This document shows positions 36,617 through 48,840 of a stretch of DNA of 64,000 nucleotides, piece after piece. The notes under the pieces were generated by a model that had not been told where the DNA came from, ran no database searches, and worked only from the letters and a program-made list of their open reading frames with translations. Within the stretch, counting starts at the first letter, position 1, and each line of letters begins with the position of its first letter. The stretch covers positions 52,081-116,080 of the forward strand of contig DGLB01000074.1 of NCBI GenBank assembly GCA_002387845.1, read 5' to 3'. The translations under genes were made by a program, and so were the position numbers. This DNA comes from Stenotrophomonas maltophilia (GTDB taxonomy: Bacteria; Pseudomonadota; Gammaproteobacteria; Xanthomonadales; Xanthomonadaceae).

Positions 36617-38230
36617 GTGCCAAAGATGCCCGTTCCTGTCCTGTCTGTCCGTGGTTGGCCGCTGCTGGCATTGGCTGCTCTGTTCACCGTTGCGCCGCAG
36701 GCGCAGGCCCAGCGCGTCTCGGCGCGTGACAAGGTCAAGATCGAGGCGCTGGACCAGCGCATGGCCGCTGCCGAAAAACGCTATGCCGATGCCCAGGTGC
36801 TGGTGGCCAATGCCGATCCCAAGGGGCGCAACGAAAGCGATGCCGCGCTGGAGGACATGGAGGACGTGGTCAGCGACTGCGTGGCGCAGAAGGGCTGCCA
36901 GGTCAGCAACCTGCTCACCACCTACAAGCGCCTGCTGAAGAACAACGCTGACGCCAGCGGTGAAGAAGAGCAGGAAATCGCCGGCAATGGCCCGGCGCTG
37001 CTGGAGGCCGACCCGGACCATATCGGCCCGCTGGCGGCTGACGTGCCCGAGGCCGCCCGTGCCGCCGCGCTGCTCAACGACAAGCGCCACGCGTTCGACA
37101 ACATGGTCGAGTACAACCCGGCGGTGCAGGCCGGTATCCGCCGCTGGCTGACCGACATGCGCCCGGCGTTGCTGACCAGCTATGAGAACTATCAGAACCT
37201 GCGTTCGGTCATGTGGCCCGAATGGGAGAAGCGCGGCCTGCCCGAGGCCCTGCTGTTCGGCATCATGGCCAAGGAGTCCAACGGCCGCGTCCATGCCTCC
37301 TCGCGGGCTGGCGCGGCGGGACTGATGCAGTTCATGCCGGCCACCGGCCGTCGTTTCGGCCTGGGCCCGGACGGCACCGGTTTCGACACCCGCTTCGACG
37401 CGCGCAGTGCCGCTGAAGCCAGTGCCACCTATCTCAACGAGCGCATGCGCGAGCTCAACAACAGCGTCGAGCTGTCGCTGGCTGGCTACAACGGCGGCGA
37501 AGGCCGCGCCGTGCGTGTGTACCGGCAGAATCCGGGGCAGGGCTTCTGGGTGGACAGCGTGTACAACCAGTTCCCGGCCGAAACCAAGGACTATGTGCCG
37601 ATGGTGATCGCCGCGGCCTGGATCTACCTGCACCCGCAGCAGTACGGGGTGGAGTTCCCGAAGATCAGCGCGCAGCCGGCCACGCTGCGCCTGGCCAAGT
37701 CGACCACCATCTACGAGCTGACCATCTGCCTGGGCAGTGCCGGCACCCGTGACGGCTACATGCGCGTGCTGCGCAACCTCAACCCGCGCTACGAGGCCGA
37801 CGGCTGGATTCCGGCCGGCACGATCATCAATGCCACCACCCGCATTGCCGGCCTGTACAACCGCTACTGCGTGTCCGGCCCGCGCGCCGACCTGGCCCGT
37901 ACCCTGATCACCGCCGACCTCAATGCCGCCATCGTGCGTCCGAACGCGGCCAGCTACACCGGCAACGTCGCGGTGGGCAGCGTGGTGCCGGTGGCCGGCG
38001 TGGAAGCCGCAGCGGCGGCCACCGCGCCCAGTGCGCCGGTGGCCGTAGCGGCCAAGCCCAAGCCCAAGCCGGTGCGCAGCGTGAAGGTCGGCAAGGGCGA
38101 CACCCTGGGGCGGATTTCCGACAAGTACAGCTGCGATCTGCGCGAGCTGGCGCGGGCCAACGGGCTCAAGGCCCCCGGTTATGCCCTGCGCCAGGGGCAG
38201 TCGTTGAAACTGCAGGGATGCGGGAAGTAA
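36617..38230 (+). CDS. Membrane-bound lytic murein transglycosylase (MltD-like: SLT domain + C-terminal LysM)
   Basis: Signal peptide. SLT motif FGIMAKESNGRVHASSRAGAAGLMQFMP and AGYNGGEGR. LysM VKVGKGDTLGRISDKYSCDLRELARANGL. Confidence 0.8.
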   Translation: MPKMPVPVLSVRGWPLLALAALFTVAPQAQAQRVSARDKVKIEALDQRMAAAEKRYADAQVLVANADPKGRNESDAALEDMEDVVSDCVAQKGCQVSNLLTTYKRLLKNNADASGEEEQEIAGNGPALLEADPDHIGPLAADVPEAARAAALLNDKRHAFDNMVEYNPAVQAGIRRWLTDMRPALLTSYENYQNLRSVMWPEWEKRGLPEALLFGIMAKESNGRVHASSRAGAAGLMQFMPATGRRFGLGPDGTGFDTRFDARSAAEASATYLNERMRELNNSVELSLAGYNGGEGRAVRVYRQNPGQGFWVDSVYNQFPAETKDYVPMVIAAAWIYLHPQQYGVEFPKISAQPATLRLAKSTTIYELTICLGSAGTRDGYMRVLRNLNPRYEADGWIPAGTIINATTRIAGLYNRYCVSGPRADLARTLITADLNAAIVRPNAASYTGNVAVGSVVPVAGVEAAAAATAPSAPVAVAAKPKPKPVRSVKVGKGDTLGRISDKYSCDLRELARANGLKAPGYALRQGQSLKLQGCGK

Positions 38231-38276
38231 CCCGGAACCTGTTAGGCTCGCCGCCATTGAAACGCTCATTTAAGGA

Positions 38277-38645
38277 ATGACGATGGATATCACCGCCATC
38301 AACGAGATGTTCGCCAACATCCGCGAGAACACGGATTGGGACCTGCAGGGCAAGCTGGTCTGGGGCTATTTCTTCGTCAACACCACCCCGGAGCCGCTGC
38401 AGGGGCTGGCCGAGGTTCTCGAAGAACAGGGCTACACCGTGGTGGAGCTGTTCGAGCCGGAGCTGGAAGAGGGGGAGGCCCCGTACCACGTGTTGCACGT
38501 GGAAAAGATCGAGGTCCACACCGCCGAGTCGCTGGACCAGCGCAACCATGCGTTGCAGGCGCTGGCCGAAGCCAATGGCGTCGAGGATTACGACGGCATG
38601 GATGTGGGCCCGGTCGAGTTCGCGCACGGTGGCGACGACGCCTGA
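38277..38645 (+). CDS. rraB: RraB-family protein (regulator of RNase E activity B, YjgD-like)
   Basis: 122 aa, acidic. Conserved WxLxxxxxF core (WDLQGKLVWGYFF) and EELG.TV.E layout of RraB. Confidence 0.6.
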   Translation: MTMDITAINEMFANIRENTDWDLQGKLVWGYFFVNTTPEPLQGLAEVLEEQGYTVVELFEPELEEGEAPYHVLHVEKIEVHTAESLDQRNHALQALAEANGVEDYDGMDVGPVEFAHGGDDA

Positions 38646-38658
38646 TTCCGTGGGTCAA

Positions 38659-38679
38659 GGGACACGCATGGCGTGTCCC
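38659..38679. repeat. REP-type palindrome GGGACACGCATGGCGTGTCCC
   Basis: Read directly from the sequence. Confidence 0.7.
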
Positions 38680-38686
38680 TGCGGCA

Positions 38687-39532
38687 TTACGAACGCAACG
38701 TCGCCAGCGCCTCACCCAGGCGCACTGCCTGTTCCGCACCCAACCCCGGCGCAAACTCCGCCACCCCCGGCGGCAGCAGCACGATCACGGTTGACCCGTA
38801 GTTGAAGCGCGCCATCTCGGCAAAGCGCTCCAGGGTAATGCCCTTGCCCCGGTAGTCCTTGCGGGTGATGCGGTCGCCATAGGCCGGAATCTCCTCGCCG
38901 CTCCACACCGTCTCCACCCCCGACACCAGCAGCGCACCGACCATCACCTGCACCATCGGTCCGAAGTCGGTGTCGAAGTGGCACACCAGGCGCTCGTTGC
39001 GCGCGAACAGCGCCGGCACCGTGTTCACAGCCGCCGGGCCCACGCTGAACAGCCGCCCCGGCACATGCACGGTCTCGACCAGGGTGCCGGTCCACGGCAT
39101 GTGCACGCGGTGGTAGTCCTTCGGCGACAGGTACACCGTGGCGAACAACCCGTTCCGGTATACCTCGGCGGCAGCGTCGTCGCCCAGCAACTGGGCGGCG
39201 GTGAACGACTGGCCCTTGGCCTGGAAGATCACCCCGTCCTGGATCGGTCCCAGCTGGCTGATGCGGCCGTCGGCCGGCATCAGCAGGCTGCGCGGGTTGG
39301 GGTCGGCCACGCGCGCGCCCGGCTTCAGTGCGCGGGTGAAGAACTGGTTGAAGGTCGGGTAGCTGCGTGGGTCCGGGTTGGCCGCCTCGGCCAGGTTCAC
39401 CCCGAACTTTTCGGTGACGGTGTCGATCAGCCAGCGCGACATCCGCGGGTTGCTGGAATACGCCAGCCGGCGCGCCATCGACGACAGCAGGCGGTGCGGC
39501 AGGACGTAGGTCAGCTTGGTGGTCAGGCTCAT
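38687..39532 (-). CDS. psd: Phosphatidylserine decarboxylase proenzyme
   Basis: Full-length Psd with the autocatalytic cleavage motif GST near the C-terminus ([10 protein letters not shown]). Confidence 0.8.
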   Translation of the reverse strand: MSLTTKLTYVLPHRLLSSMARRLAYSSNPRMSRWLIDTVTEKFGVNLAEAANPDPRSYPTFNQFFTRALKPGARVADPNPRSLLMPADGRISQLGPIQDGVIFQAKGQSFTAAQLLGDDAAAEVYRNGLFATVYLSPKDYHRVHMPWTGTLVETVHVPGRLFSVGPAAVNTVPALFARNERLVCHFDTDFGPMVQVMVGALLVSGVETVWSGEEIPAYGDRITRKDYRGKGITLERFAEMARFNYGSTVIVLLPPGVAEFAPGLGAEQAVRLGEALATLRS

Positions 39533-40179
39533 GGTGCGGTTTTCTCGGTCAGCAGCTGCAGGTCGCGGGCAATGGCCTGCGCCTGGAAGGGCGGGCGGAT
39601 CAGGCCGGCCAGCTTGCCGTCCGGGTCCAGGACGGCCAGGCTGGCCGAATGCTCCAGGGTGTAATCCTGGGGGTTTTCATCGAAGTGCCTGCCTTCCACT
39701 TTCTGGAAGACGAAGCCCAGCGACGTGGCAAAACGCTCCAGCGAAGGCACGTCGGCGGTGGCTGCCAGGGTGTCCTTGTGGAAGGCGTGGGCGTACTCGC
39801 CCAGTCGCGCCGGGGTGTCGCGCTCCGGGTCGACCGACACGAACAGCACCCGCGGGCGCAGGCTTTCCGGCTGGCTCTCCCAGCTTTTCTGGGCCCGGGC
39901 CAGGTCCGCCAGAGTGGTTGGGCACACGTCCGGGCAGAAGGTGAAACCCAGGAACACCAGGGTCCAGTGACCCTTCAGCTCGCCGGGAATCAGCCGGGTG
40001 CCATCGGACTGGCTCAGGTTGAAGTCCGGCAGCGGGCGCGGCTGCGGGTAGAAGGTGATGGATTCGGTGGCGGGGTGGTTGGCCGCCGGCGTCGGCGCGA
40101 ACACCTTCTGCGCCGTCACCAGGCCCAGCCCGGCGGCCAGCGCGATGATCAGGATGATGCCTGTGGTGCGGTTGAACAT
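39529..40179 (-). CDS. SCO1/SenC-family copper chaperone (thioredoxin fold)
   Basis: N-terminal TM anchor. CxxxC motif FTFCPDVCP. Conserved His in [15 protein letters not shown]. Start assigned at MFNRTTG (40179). Confidence 0.8.
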   Translation of the reverse strand: MFNRTTGIILIIALAAGLGLVTAQKVFAPTPAANHPATESITFYPQPRPLPDFNLSQSDGTRLIPGELKGHWTLVFLGFTFCPDVCPTTLADLARAQKSWESQPESLRPRVLFVSVDPERDTPARLGEYAHAFHKDTLAATADVPSLERFATSLGFVFQKVEGRHFDENPQDYTLEHSASLAVLDPDGKLAGLIRPPFQAQAIARDLQLLTEKTAP

Positions 40180-40312
40180 GGACGGCCCGTTCCCGGAGTG
40201 GTCCACCATCATAGGGGAGGGCTCCGGCCCCGCCCAGCCGTTTCGCCTGCAACGGATGCTCCAGCCCCGTACAGCGCCTATAATCGGGGGCCACATTGTC
40301 TGTTGCCTTGCC

Positions 40313-41242
40313 ATGACTGCCGATACGGCCGCCGAACTTCACACGATCATCGACCTGATCCGCTACGGCACCAGCCGTTTCAACGCCGCCGGGCTGACCT
40401 TCGGGCACAGCTACGACAACGCCCTGGACGAGGCCACCCAGCTGGTCCTGCACAGCCTGCACCTGCCGCACGACCTCGGCCCGGCCTATGGCCAGGCCCG
40501 CGTCACCCGCGACGAGAAGCTGCAGGTGCTGGAGCTGTTCCAGCGCCGCATCGATGAACGCATTCCGGCGGCCTATCTCACCGGTGAAGCCTGGTTCGCC
40601 GGCCTCAGTTTCAAGAGCGACACCCGCGCGCTGGTGCCGCGCTCGCCGATCGCCGAGCTGATCGAGTCCGGTTTCGAACCGTGGCTGGCCGGTCGCGACG
40701 TGCATCGTGCGCTGGACCTGTGCACCGGTTCGGGCTGCATCGCCATTGCCATGGGCCACTACTACCCGAACTGGGAAGTGGACGGCGTCGACCTCAGCGA
40801 CGACGCGCTGTCGCTGGCCGAAGAGAACAAGGAGCGCCTGCAGGCGCACAACGTGACCCTGCTCAAGTCGGACCTGTTCAACGGCCTCACCGGCCGTCAC
40901 TACGACCTGATCGTCACCAATCCGCCGTACGTCACCAATGACGAGACCGACGCGCTGCCGCAGGAATACTCCTACGAACCCGAAATGGGCCTGCGTGCTG
41001 GCGACGACGGCCTCGACCTGGTGCTGAAGATCCTGCGTGACGCGCCGCTGCACCTCAGCGAAGACGGCCTGCTGATCTGCGAAGTGGGCGAGTCCGAGCA
41101 GCACCTGATCAAGCTGCTGCCGGAAGTGGACTTTGCCTGGGTGGAGTTCAAGGTCGGCCAGATGGGCATCTTCGCGGTCGAATGCCGCGAGCTCATCGCG
41201 CACAGCGCCCGCATCACCGAACTGGCGGCGCAGCGGCCGTGA
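40313..41242 (+). CDS. prmB: 50S ribosomal protein L3 glutamine N5-methyltransferase PrmB
   Basis: SAM motif [17 protein letters not shown] motif (IVTNPPYV), PrmB-type N-terminal domain. The gene sits immediately upstream of aroC. Confidence 0.8.
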   Translation: MTADTAAELHTIIDLIRYGTSRFNAAGLTFGHSYDNALDEATQLVLHSLHLPHDLGPAYGQARVTRDEKLQVLELFQRRIDERIPAAYLTGEAWFAGLSFKSDTRALVPRSPIAELIESGFEPWLAGRDVHRALDLCTGSGCIAIAMGHYYPNWEVDGVDLSDDALSLAEENKERLQAHNVTLLKSDLFNGLTGRHYDLIVTNPPYVTNDETDALPQEYSYEPEMGLRAGDDGLDLVLKILRDAPLHLSEDGLLICEVGESEQHLIKLLPEVDFAWVEFKVGQMGIFAVECRELIAHSARITELAAQRP

Positions 41243-42342
41243 GTTCCAATACCTTCGGCAAGCTTCTGTCGGTCACCACCTTCGGCGAATCGCACGGTCC
41301 GGCGATCGGCTGCGTGGTCGATGGCTGCCCGCCGGGGCTGGAACTGAGCGCCGACGAGTTCGCCCACGACCTGCAGCGGCGTGCCACCGGCAAGAGCCGG
41401 CACACCTCGGCGCGCCGCGAGGCCGATGAGGTCGAGATCCTCTCGGGCGTGTACGAAGGCCGCACCACCGGCACGCCCATCGCGCTGCTGATCCGCAACA
41501 CCGACCAGCGCAGCAAGGATTACAGCAACATCGCCCAGCAGTTCCGCCCGGGCCATGCGGATTACAGCTACTGGCAGAAGTACGGCATCCGCGATCCGCG
41601 CGGTGGCGGTCGCTCGTCCGCGCGCGAAACCACCATGCGCGTGGCGGCCGGCGTCATCGCCAAGAAGTGGCTGGCGCAGCGCTACGGGGTGACCGTGCGC
41701 GGCTACCTGTCGCAGCTGGGCGAAATCACGCCCACCGGCCATGACTGGTCGGCGGTGGAGGACAACCCGTTCTTCTGGCCCGTGGCCGAGCAGGTGCCGG
41801 CGCTGGAAAGCTACATGGACGCGCTGCGCAAGTCCGGCGACTCGGTCGGTGCGCGCGTCAACGTGGTGGCCGATGGCGTCCCGCCGGGCTGGGGTGAACC
41901 CATCTACGGCAAGCTGGATGGCGAACTGGCGGCCGCGCTGATGAGCATCAACGCGGTCAAGGGCGTGGAAATCGGCGATGGCTTTGCCAGTGCCGCGCAG
42001 AAGGGCACCGAACACCGTGACCTGATCACGCCGGAAGGTTTCGCCAGCAATCACGCCGGCGGCATTCTCGGCGGCATTTCCACCGGCCAGCAGGTCACCG
42101 CCTCGATCGTGCTCAAGCCCACGTCCAGCCTGCGCCTGCCCGGCGCGACGGTGGACGCCACCGGTGCCGCCGTGGATGTCATCACCACCGGTCGTCACGA
42201 CCCCTGCGTGGGCATCCGCGCCACCCCCATCGCTGAGGCGATGATGGCGCTGGTGCTTATGGACCAGGCGCTGCGCCATCGCGCCCAGTGCGGCGACGTC
42301 GGCGACATCACCCCGCGCATTCCGGGCAGCATCGATGGCTGA
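41239..42342 (+). CDS. aroC: Chorismate synthase
   Basis: N-terminus [26 protein letters not shown] and the overall sequence track AroC. GTG start overlaps the prmB stop. Confidence 0.9.
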   Translation: MSSNTFGKLLSVTTFGESHGPAIGCVVDGCPPGLELSADEFAHDLQRRATGKSRHTSARREADEVEILSGVYEGRTTGTPIALLIRNTDQRSKDYSNIAQQFRPGHADYSYWQKYGIRDPRGGGRSSARETTMRVAAGVIAKKWLAQRYGVTVRGYLSQLGEITPTGHDWSAVEDNPFFWPVAEQVPALESYMDALRKSGDSVGARVNVVADGVPPGWGEPIYGKLDGELAAALMSINAVKGVEIGDGFASAAQKGTEHRDLITPEGFASNHAGGILGGISTGQQVTASIVLKPTSSLRLPGATVDATGAAVDVITTGRHDPCVGIRATPIAEAMMALVLMDQALRHRAQCGDVGDITPRIPGSIDG

Positions 42343-43408
42343 CACGCGTCCCAGGGTATGGGTCAGCCAGCCGCTGTTCGATGACGTCATCGAACAGCTC
42401 GGGCAGCATTTCGACCTGACTGTGACTGACGACGTTACCCGTTACACCCCGGACATGCTGGCCGAACGGCTGGCCGGGGTGGATGGAGCGCTGATCACCC
42501 TCAACGAACGCATCGGTGCGCCGGAAATCGCGGGTGCACCGCAGCTGCGCGCCATCGCGAACGTCGGCGTGGGCTACAACAACCTGGATATCGACGCGCT
42601 CAGCGCGGCCGGCATCCTCGCCAGCAATACCCCTGATGTCCTCACCGAGACCACTGCCGATCTCGGCTTTGCGCTGCTGATGGCGACGGCCCGGCGCATC
42701 ACCGAGTCCGAGCGCTGGCTGCGGGACGGGCAGTGGGGGCAGTGGTCGTTCCAGACCATGCTGGGGGCCGACATCCATGGCAGCACGCTGGGCATCCTGG
42801 GCATGGGCCGTATCGGCCAGGGCATTGCCCGCCGCGGCGCGCTCGGTTTTGGCATGCGTGTGCTGTATCACAACCGCTCGCGCCTGCCGCAGGCCACCGA
42901 GGCCGAGGTCGGCGCGCAGTATGTCGACCTGGACACGTTGCTGGCCGAAGTCGATCACTTGGTCCTGGTGCTGCCGTACAGCGCCAGCTCGCATCACATC
43001 ATCAATGCCGCCGCGCTGGCGAAGATGAAGCCAACCGCGACGCTGGTGAACATCGCCCGCGGCGGCATCGTCGACGAACTCGCACTGGCCGATGCGCTGG
43101 CCCACGGGCGTCTTGCCGCGGCCGGTCTGGACGTGTTCGAAGGCGAGCCGACGGTACGCCCGGAGCTGCTGGCACTGCGCAACATCGTGCTGACCCCGCA
43201 TATCGGCAGTGCCAGCCAGGCCACCCGCCGCGCCATGGTGCAGCTGGCGGTGGACAACCTGACCGCCGCGCTGGGGCAGGGGCCACGCGCTGGCAATCCG
43301 CCAAGCGCACTCAACGCCGACGCCGTGGCCGCCGTGAAAGCCGGCGGCGCTGCCGTGGGCGGCAAAAAAGACGACAAACGACTGGGAACCTCCGCGGCCA
43401 ATACGTGA
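42335..43408 (+). CDS. D-isomer-specific 2-hydroxyacid dehydrogenase (glyoxylate/hydroxypyruvate reductase-like)
   Basis: NAD-binding [15 protein letters not shown], and catalytic RGGIVDE...H residues. Confidence 0.8.
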   Translation: MADTRPRVWVSQPLFDDVIEQLGQHFDLTVTDDVTRYTPDMLAERLAGVDGALITLNERIGAPEIAGAPQLRAIANVGVGYNNLDIDALSAAGILASNTPDVLTETTADLGFALLMATARRITESERWLRDGQWGQWSFQTMLGADIHGSTLGILGMGRIGQGIARRGALGFGMRVLYHNRSRLPQATEAEVGAQYVDLDTLLAEVDHLVLVLPYSASSHHIINAAALAKMKPTATLVNIARGGIVDELALADALAHGRLAAAGLDVFEGEPTVRPELLALRNIVLTPHIGSASQATRRAMVQLAVDNLTAALGQGPRAGNPPSALNADAVAAVKAGGAAVGGKKDDKRLGTSAANT

Positions 43409-43468
43409 GGTTCCCCGAACCCAGCCCGCTGTGCGTTTCTTTTGTCTAAAACCTATCGAGAAATCCCC

Positions 43469-44494
<1,026 letters not shown>

Positions 44495-44542
44495 TGCAAC
44501 GCCACGCCCTGCGTGGCTGGAATCGTCCGGAATCGCTATATT

Positions 44543-46513
44543 GCCGGCATGAAGAAACGAGTTCCGGGCGCGAAGCGCCCGCTCAAGGTGGTATCCACCC
44601 TGCTGCTGGCCCTGGCCAGCAGCTCGGCCATGGCTCTGGGCCTGGGCGACATCCGCGTGCTGTCCAAGCCCGGCCAGCCGCTGCTGGCTGAAATTCCGAT
44701 CATTTCCGCCGACCCGTCCGAGCTGGAGAACCTGCGCGTGGCGCTGGCGTCGCCGGTCACCTTTGCCCGGGTCGGCCTGGACCGGCCCACCGGTCTGGTC
44801 AGCGAACTGCAGTTCGAACTTACCCGCAACACCCAGGGCCGCGCCGTGGTCCGGGTCAGCAGCCAGGCCCCGGTCACCACGCCGTCGCTGAACTTCTTGA
44901 TTGAGGCCGACTGGGGGCAGGGACGCCTGGTGCGCGAGTACTCCGCGCTGGTGGATGCCCCCGACAGTGCGGTGGCCGTCGCCGAGCCGGAAATCGTGGC
45001 CCCGGCGGGGGCGATGTCCAATGCCATCGTGCGCGAACCCGAACCGGCGCCGCCGGTGGCCGAGCCACAGGTCGCCGAATCGCAGCCGGCCGAAGCCACC
45101 CCGTCGCGTACCACGCCGGTACCGGCCCGCAACGCGGCACCGGCACGCGCGCCGGCACCGGCGCGACCTGCGCCCGCGCCGGTCGCCGCTGCCGATGGCA
45201 GCATCACCGTGCGTCGCGGCCAGACCCTGTCCGAAATCGCGGCCGGTGTCGCCCGCGAGCGTGGGCTCAGCCGCGACCAGGCCATGATCGCGCTGCTGCG
45301 CGCCAATCCCGAAGCGTTCATTCGTGGCAACGTGAACCTGCTCAAGCAGGGCGCGGTGCTGCGTACCGCCGATGCCGCCTCGGCACCGCCCGTGGATGCG
45401 GCCGAAGCGGCGGCCATGGTGCGCGAGCACACCGCACAGTGGCGCCAGGCCCGTTCGGCCATCCCACAGCCGGCGGCCACGGGTGTGGCCAACGCGCCAG
45501 CCAGCACCCCGGCCAACGCAGCCGGCGCAGCACCGGCTGCGGCACCGGCAAGCGCAGGCGGGCGTCTGGAAATCGCCCCCGCCGTCGCGGCCACCGACCA
45601 TAACGCAGGGACAATCACCGGCACCGCCGCCGGCAGTGAGGGTGACATGCTGGGCAACGAACAACTGCAGCAGGCCAAGGAAGACGTGGCCACCCGCGAT
45701 GCGGAAATCCAGGAGCTGCGCGGCCGCGTGGCCGAGCTGGAGAAACTGCAGAAGCAGCAGGAAGCGCTGATCAGCATGAAGGACAGTGACCTCGCCGCGG
45801 CCCAGCAGCGCCTGGCGGACGCCCCGGCGGCCCGCGAGGGCGGCGGTGGAGGCTGGTACTGGCTGGGGCTGGGCGTGCTGCTGGTGGTGGTGGCCGGCTG
45901 GGCGCTGGCGCGTCGTCGCAAGCCCTCACCGCTGCCGCCGCTGCGCCGCGATGGTTTCGATGCCGCCTCACTGGCCGCTGCCGTACCGGCAGCCGGCTAC
46001 GTCGATGAGCTGGCCACGCAGGAACGCGCGGACCAGGAGCAGGCCGACCAGGACGCCGAGCTGGCCTACGATTCGGCCGAATACGACAGCACCGCCGATC
46101 AGGTGGCCGCCGAAGTGGCCCGTCGCGAACCGGTGTTCGCGCTGGAGCCGCAGCCCGGGCAGGGCGACAGCGTGGCAGACGCGCAGGATCATGACCATGT
46201 GGTGGTCCCGGCGCATGCCTGGAATGCGGCCGCGCAACCCTCCTACCGGGGCGTTTTCGAGTTCCCCGAGGAACCGGTCGCGCCTGTCGTGGTGCAGGCC
46301 CCGGTCGAACCGACCCCGGTTGCGCCGGCCAGCGAGCCGGTGGCCGCTGCGGAACCGCTGGGCACGCCGGGCCGCGAGCGGCTGGAGCTGGCCATCGCCT
46401 ATCTCGACCTGGGTGATGCCGACACCGCACGCGCGCTGCTGCAGGAAGTGGCCGCCGCCGGCGACATCCACAGCCAGATCCAGGCACGCGAGCTGTTGGC
46501 CCGCCTGCCGTGA
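44543..46513 (+). CDS. fimV: FimV/HubP-family peptidoglycan-binding pilus/polar scaffold protein (LysM + long acidic/Ala-Pro region + C-terminal TPR-like motif)
   Basis: Signal peptide. LysM-like ITVRRGQTLSEIAAGV. TM segment WYWLGLGVLLVVVAGWALA. Conserved C-terminal LELAIAYLDLGDADTARALLQEV. asd-fimV-truA synteny. Confidence 0.8.
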   Translation, partial: AGMKKRVPGAKRPLKVVSTLLLALASSSAMALGLGDIRVLSKPGQPLLAEIPIISADPSELENLRVALASPVTFARVGLDRPTGLVSELQFELTRNTQGRAVVRVSSQAPVTTPSLNFLIEADWGQGRLVREYSALVDAPDSAVAVAEPEIVAPAGAMSNAIVREPEPAPPVAEPQVAESQPAEATPSRTTPVPARNAAPARAPAPARPAPAPVAAADGSITVRRGQTLSEIAAGVARERGLSRDQAMIALLRANPEAFIRGNVNLLKQGAVLRTADAASAPPVDAAEAAAMVREHTAQWRQARSAIPQPAATGVANAPASTPANAAGAAPAAAPASAGGRLEIAPAVAATDHNAGTITGTAAGSEGDMLGNEQLQQAKEDVATRDAEIQELRGRVAELEKLQKQQEALISMKDSDLAAAQQRLADAPAAREGGGGGWYWLGLGVLLVVVAGWALARRRKPSPLPPLRRDGFDAASLAAAVPAAGYVDELATQERADQEQADQDAELAYDSAEYDSTADQVAAEVARREPVFALEPQPGQGDSVADAQDHDHVVVPAHAWNAAAQPSYRGVFEFPEEPVAPVVVQAPVEPTPVAPASEPVAAAEPLGTPGRERLELAIAYLDLGDADTARALLQEVAAAGDIHSQIQARELLARLP

Positions 46514-46530
46514 CACAGACGTAATCGAGG

Positions 46531-47310
46531 TTGACCATGCGCTACGCACTGGGCGTGGAGTACGACGGCAGTGAGTACAAGGGCTGGCAGCAGCTGGGTG
46601 AAAGCGGATGTCCCAGCGTGCAGGCCAGCCTGCAGGAGGCGCTGTCCTCGGTGGCCGATGCCCCGATCCAGGTCACCTGCGCCGGGCGCACCGACGCTGG
46701 CGTGCATGGCGAGTGCCAAGTGGTGCATTTCGACACCGACGCGGTGCGCGACCCGCGGGGCTGGACCCTGGGCACGACGACCCGGCTGCCGCGTTCGATC
46801 GCAGTGCGCTGGTGCGTGCCGGTCGCCGATGACTTCCATGCCCGGTTCTCGGCGCGGGCACGCCGCTACCGCTACCGCCTGCTGAACCGCCAGGTGCGAC
46901 CGGCCCTGTACCGCCAGACCCTCAGCTGGGAGCGCCGGCCGTTGGACGCCGGCCGCATGCACGAGGCGGGGCAGGCGTTGTTGGGCGAAAACGACTTCAG
47001 CGCCTTCCGCAGCGTGCAGTGCGAGGCCCTGCATGCCCGGCGTGAGCTGCAGGCGATCAGCGTGACCCGGCAGGGCGAGGTGATCGAGGTCTGCGTTCAG
47101 GCCAATGCATTTCTTCATCACATGGTGCGCAATATTGTCGGCTCATTGATTCTGATCGGTTGTGGGGAACAACCGGTGTCATGGATGGCCGAGCTGCTAG
47201 CAGGCCAGGACCGTACCGTGGCCGGCCCCACTGCACCGCCGCAGGGTCTTGTCTTTGTTGGCCCGTTGTATCCCGACAACTGGCACCTGCCTGCCGAGGT
47301 TACGTTATGA
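46531..47310 (+). CDS. truA: tRNA pseudouridine(38-40) synthase TruA
   Basis: [10 protein letters not shown]...[11 protein letters not shown] catalytic Asp motif. Confidence 0.9.
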   Translation: MTMRYALGVEYDGSEYKGWQQLGESGCPSVQASLQEALSSVADAPIQVTCAGRTDAGVHGECQVVHFDTDAVRDPRGWTLGTTTRLPRSIAVRWCVPVADDFHARFSARARRYRYRLLNRQVRPALYRQTLSWERRPLDAGRMHEAGQALLGENDFSAFRSVQCEALHARRELQAISVTRQGEVIEVCVQANAFLHHMVRNIVGSLILIGCGEQPVSWMAELLAGQDRTVAGPTAPPQGLVFVGPLYPDNWHLPAEVTL

Positions 47311-47963
47311 GCCGCTCCTACTACCGCACCCGCATCAAGTTCTGCGGCATGACCCGTGCCGGCGACGTACGCCTGGCCGGCGAGCTGGGTGTGGACGCCG
47401 TGGGTTTCATTTTTGCCCGTGAAAGCAAGCGCCGGGTGGCCCCGGCCGAAGCCCGCGCCATGCGCCAGGCGATCGCGCCGATGGTCGACGTGGTGGCCCT
47501 GTTCCGCGACAACAGCAAGGAAGAAGTGCGCGAGGTCCTGCGCACCGTACGTCCGACCCTGCTGCAGTTCCATGGCGGTGAGGACGAAGCGTTCTGCCGC
47601 AGCTTCAACATGCCCTACCTGAAGGCGGTGGCCATGGGCGGGCGCGAAGAGGTCAACGCGCGCCAGCTGCAGCTGCGCTACCCGAGCGCCGCCGGTTTCC
47701 TGTTCGACAGTCATGCCCCTGGCGGCGGGGGGGGCACCGGCGTGACCTTCGACTGGACCCGTCTGCCGACCGGCCTGCATCGTCCGTTCCTGCTGGCCGG
47801 CGGCATCACTCCGGACAACGTGTTTGACGCCATCGTCGCCACCCTGCCGTGGGGCGTGGATGTCTCCAGCGGCATCGAGACCGAGCCCGGCATCAAGGAC
47901 GGCTACAAGATGCGCAAGTTCGTGGAGGAAGTCCGCCGCGCGGATTGCCACGAGGCGGATTAG
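47307..47963 (+). CDS. trpF: N-(5'-phosphoribosyl)anthranilate isomerase TrpF
   Basis: [13 protein letters not shown]...AVGFIF TIM-barrel TrpF motifs. Start ATG overlaps the truA stop (ATGA). Confidence 0.85.
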   Translation: MSRSYYRTRIKFCGMTRAGDVRLAGELGVDAVGFIFARESKRRVAPAEARAMRQAIAPMVDVVALFRDNSKEEVREVLRTVRPTLLQFHGGEDEAFCRSFNMPYLKAVAMGGREEVNARQLQLRYPSAAGFLFDSHAPGGGGGTGVTFDWTRLPTGLHRPFLLAGGITPDNVFDAIVATLPWGVDVSSGIETEPGIKDGYKMRKFVEEVRRADCHEAD

Positions 47964-47978
47964 CGCCGTCCCTTGACC

Positions 47979-48002
47979 GTAGAGCCGGGCTCTGCCCGGC
48001 TG
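47979..48002. repeat. SMAG REP palindrome (GTAGAGCCGGGCTCTGCCCGGCTG)
   Basis: Read directly from the sequence; immediately downstream of trpF. Confidence 0.8.
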
Positions 48003-48088
48003 CGCTTCGCGCAATCCCGCATTCACACACAGGGTCAGAAACCCCCTATGTGCGCCATCGTCAATTTCACGTAGCATCAACGGAACAA

Positions 48089-48110
48089 GGGAATGCCGGA
48101 GCGCATTCCC
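48089..48110. promoter_or_regulatory. Inverted repeat GGGAATGC-cggag-GCATTCCC about 50 nt upstream of the yqiJ-like gene (candidate operator)
   Basis: Perfect 8-bp arms read directly. Located in the only sizeable intergenic region preceding the 10-kb operon. Confidence 0.25.
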
Positions 48111-48159
48111 AGGGACGCCGCAGGGGGAAACCGCGGCATCGATGCAAGGAAGTTGTGAA

Positions 48160-48840
48160 ATGGCGGAATTTCTCAATGTCGCGCTGACATTCCCCACGTT
48201 GCCTTACAGCATCGTGTTGGCATTTGCCATGGTCTATTGGCTGCTGGCTGCCTGTGGCGTGGTCGACGACGGCTTTGCCACCGACGGTATCGACCTGGGC
48301 GGCGGCGAGGAGGGTCTGCACGGCATCTCCGGCATGTTCTCGCGCCTGGGCCTGGGCGGCGCACCGGTGATGCTGGTGATCGCGCTGCTGGCCTTCTTCG
48401 GCTGGACCGGCACCTACCTCACCCATCTGTTCCTGCTGCAGCCGCTGCCGGTCCCGCTGCGCTGGGCGGCTGGCAGTGCCGTGGCACTGCTGGCGCTGGT
48501 GCCGGCGGTACCGGTCACCGCGTTGATCCTGCGCCCGGTCCGGCGCCTGCTGCTGCGTCTGCGCGCGGTCCCACAGACGTCACTGCTCGGGCGCATCGGC
48601 GTGGTCGCGTCGCCGCAGGTCACCGCCAGCTCCGGCTACGCCACCGTTGACGACGGCGGAGCCGGGCTGATTCTGCAGGTCCGCCTGCCCGAAGGGCACA
48701 CCTTGCCACGCGGGTCACGGGTCGTGCTGATCGACTACGTGGCCGAACACAACCATTACCGGGTCGCTGGCGAAGACAGCCACCCTGCGCTTTCGTTCCA
48801 AGACAGCCTGATTGCGGGCGACAAGGAGATCCATCGATGA
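48160..48840 (+). CDS. YqiJ/DUF1449-like inner-membrane protein with C-terminal NfeD-type OB-fold domain (flotillin partner)
   Basis: RBS AAGGAAG 7 nt upstream. Membrane helices, then a beta-rich C-terminal segment (GRIGVVASPQVTASSGYATVDDGGAGLILQVRLPEG...GSRVVLIDYV) typical of NfeD short forms. The stop overlaps the flotillin start. Confidence 0.65.
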   Translation: MAEFLNVALTFPTLPYSIVLAFAMVYWLLAACGVVDDGFATDGIDLGGGEEGLHGISGMFSRLGLGGAPVMLVIALLAFFGWTGTYLTHLFLLQPLPVPLRWAAGSAVALLALVPAVPVTALILRPVRRLLLRLRAVPQTSLLGRIGVVASPQVTASSGYATVDDGGAGLILQVRLPEGHTLPRGSRVVLIDYVAEHNHYRVAGEDSHPALSFQDSLIAGDKEIHR

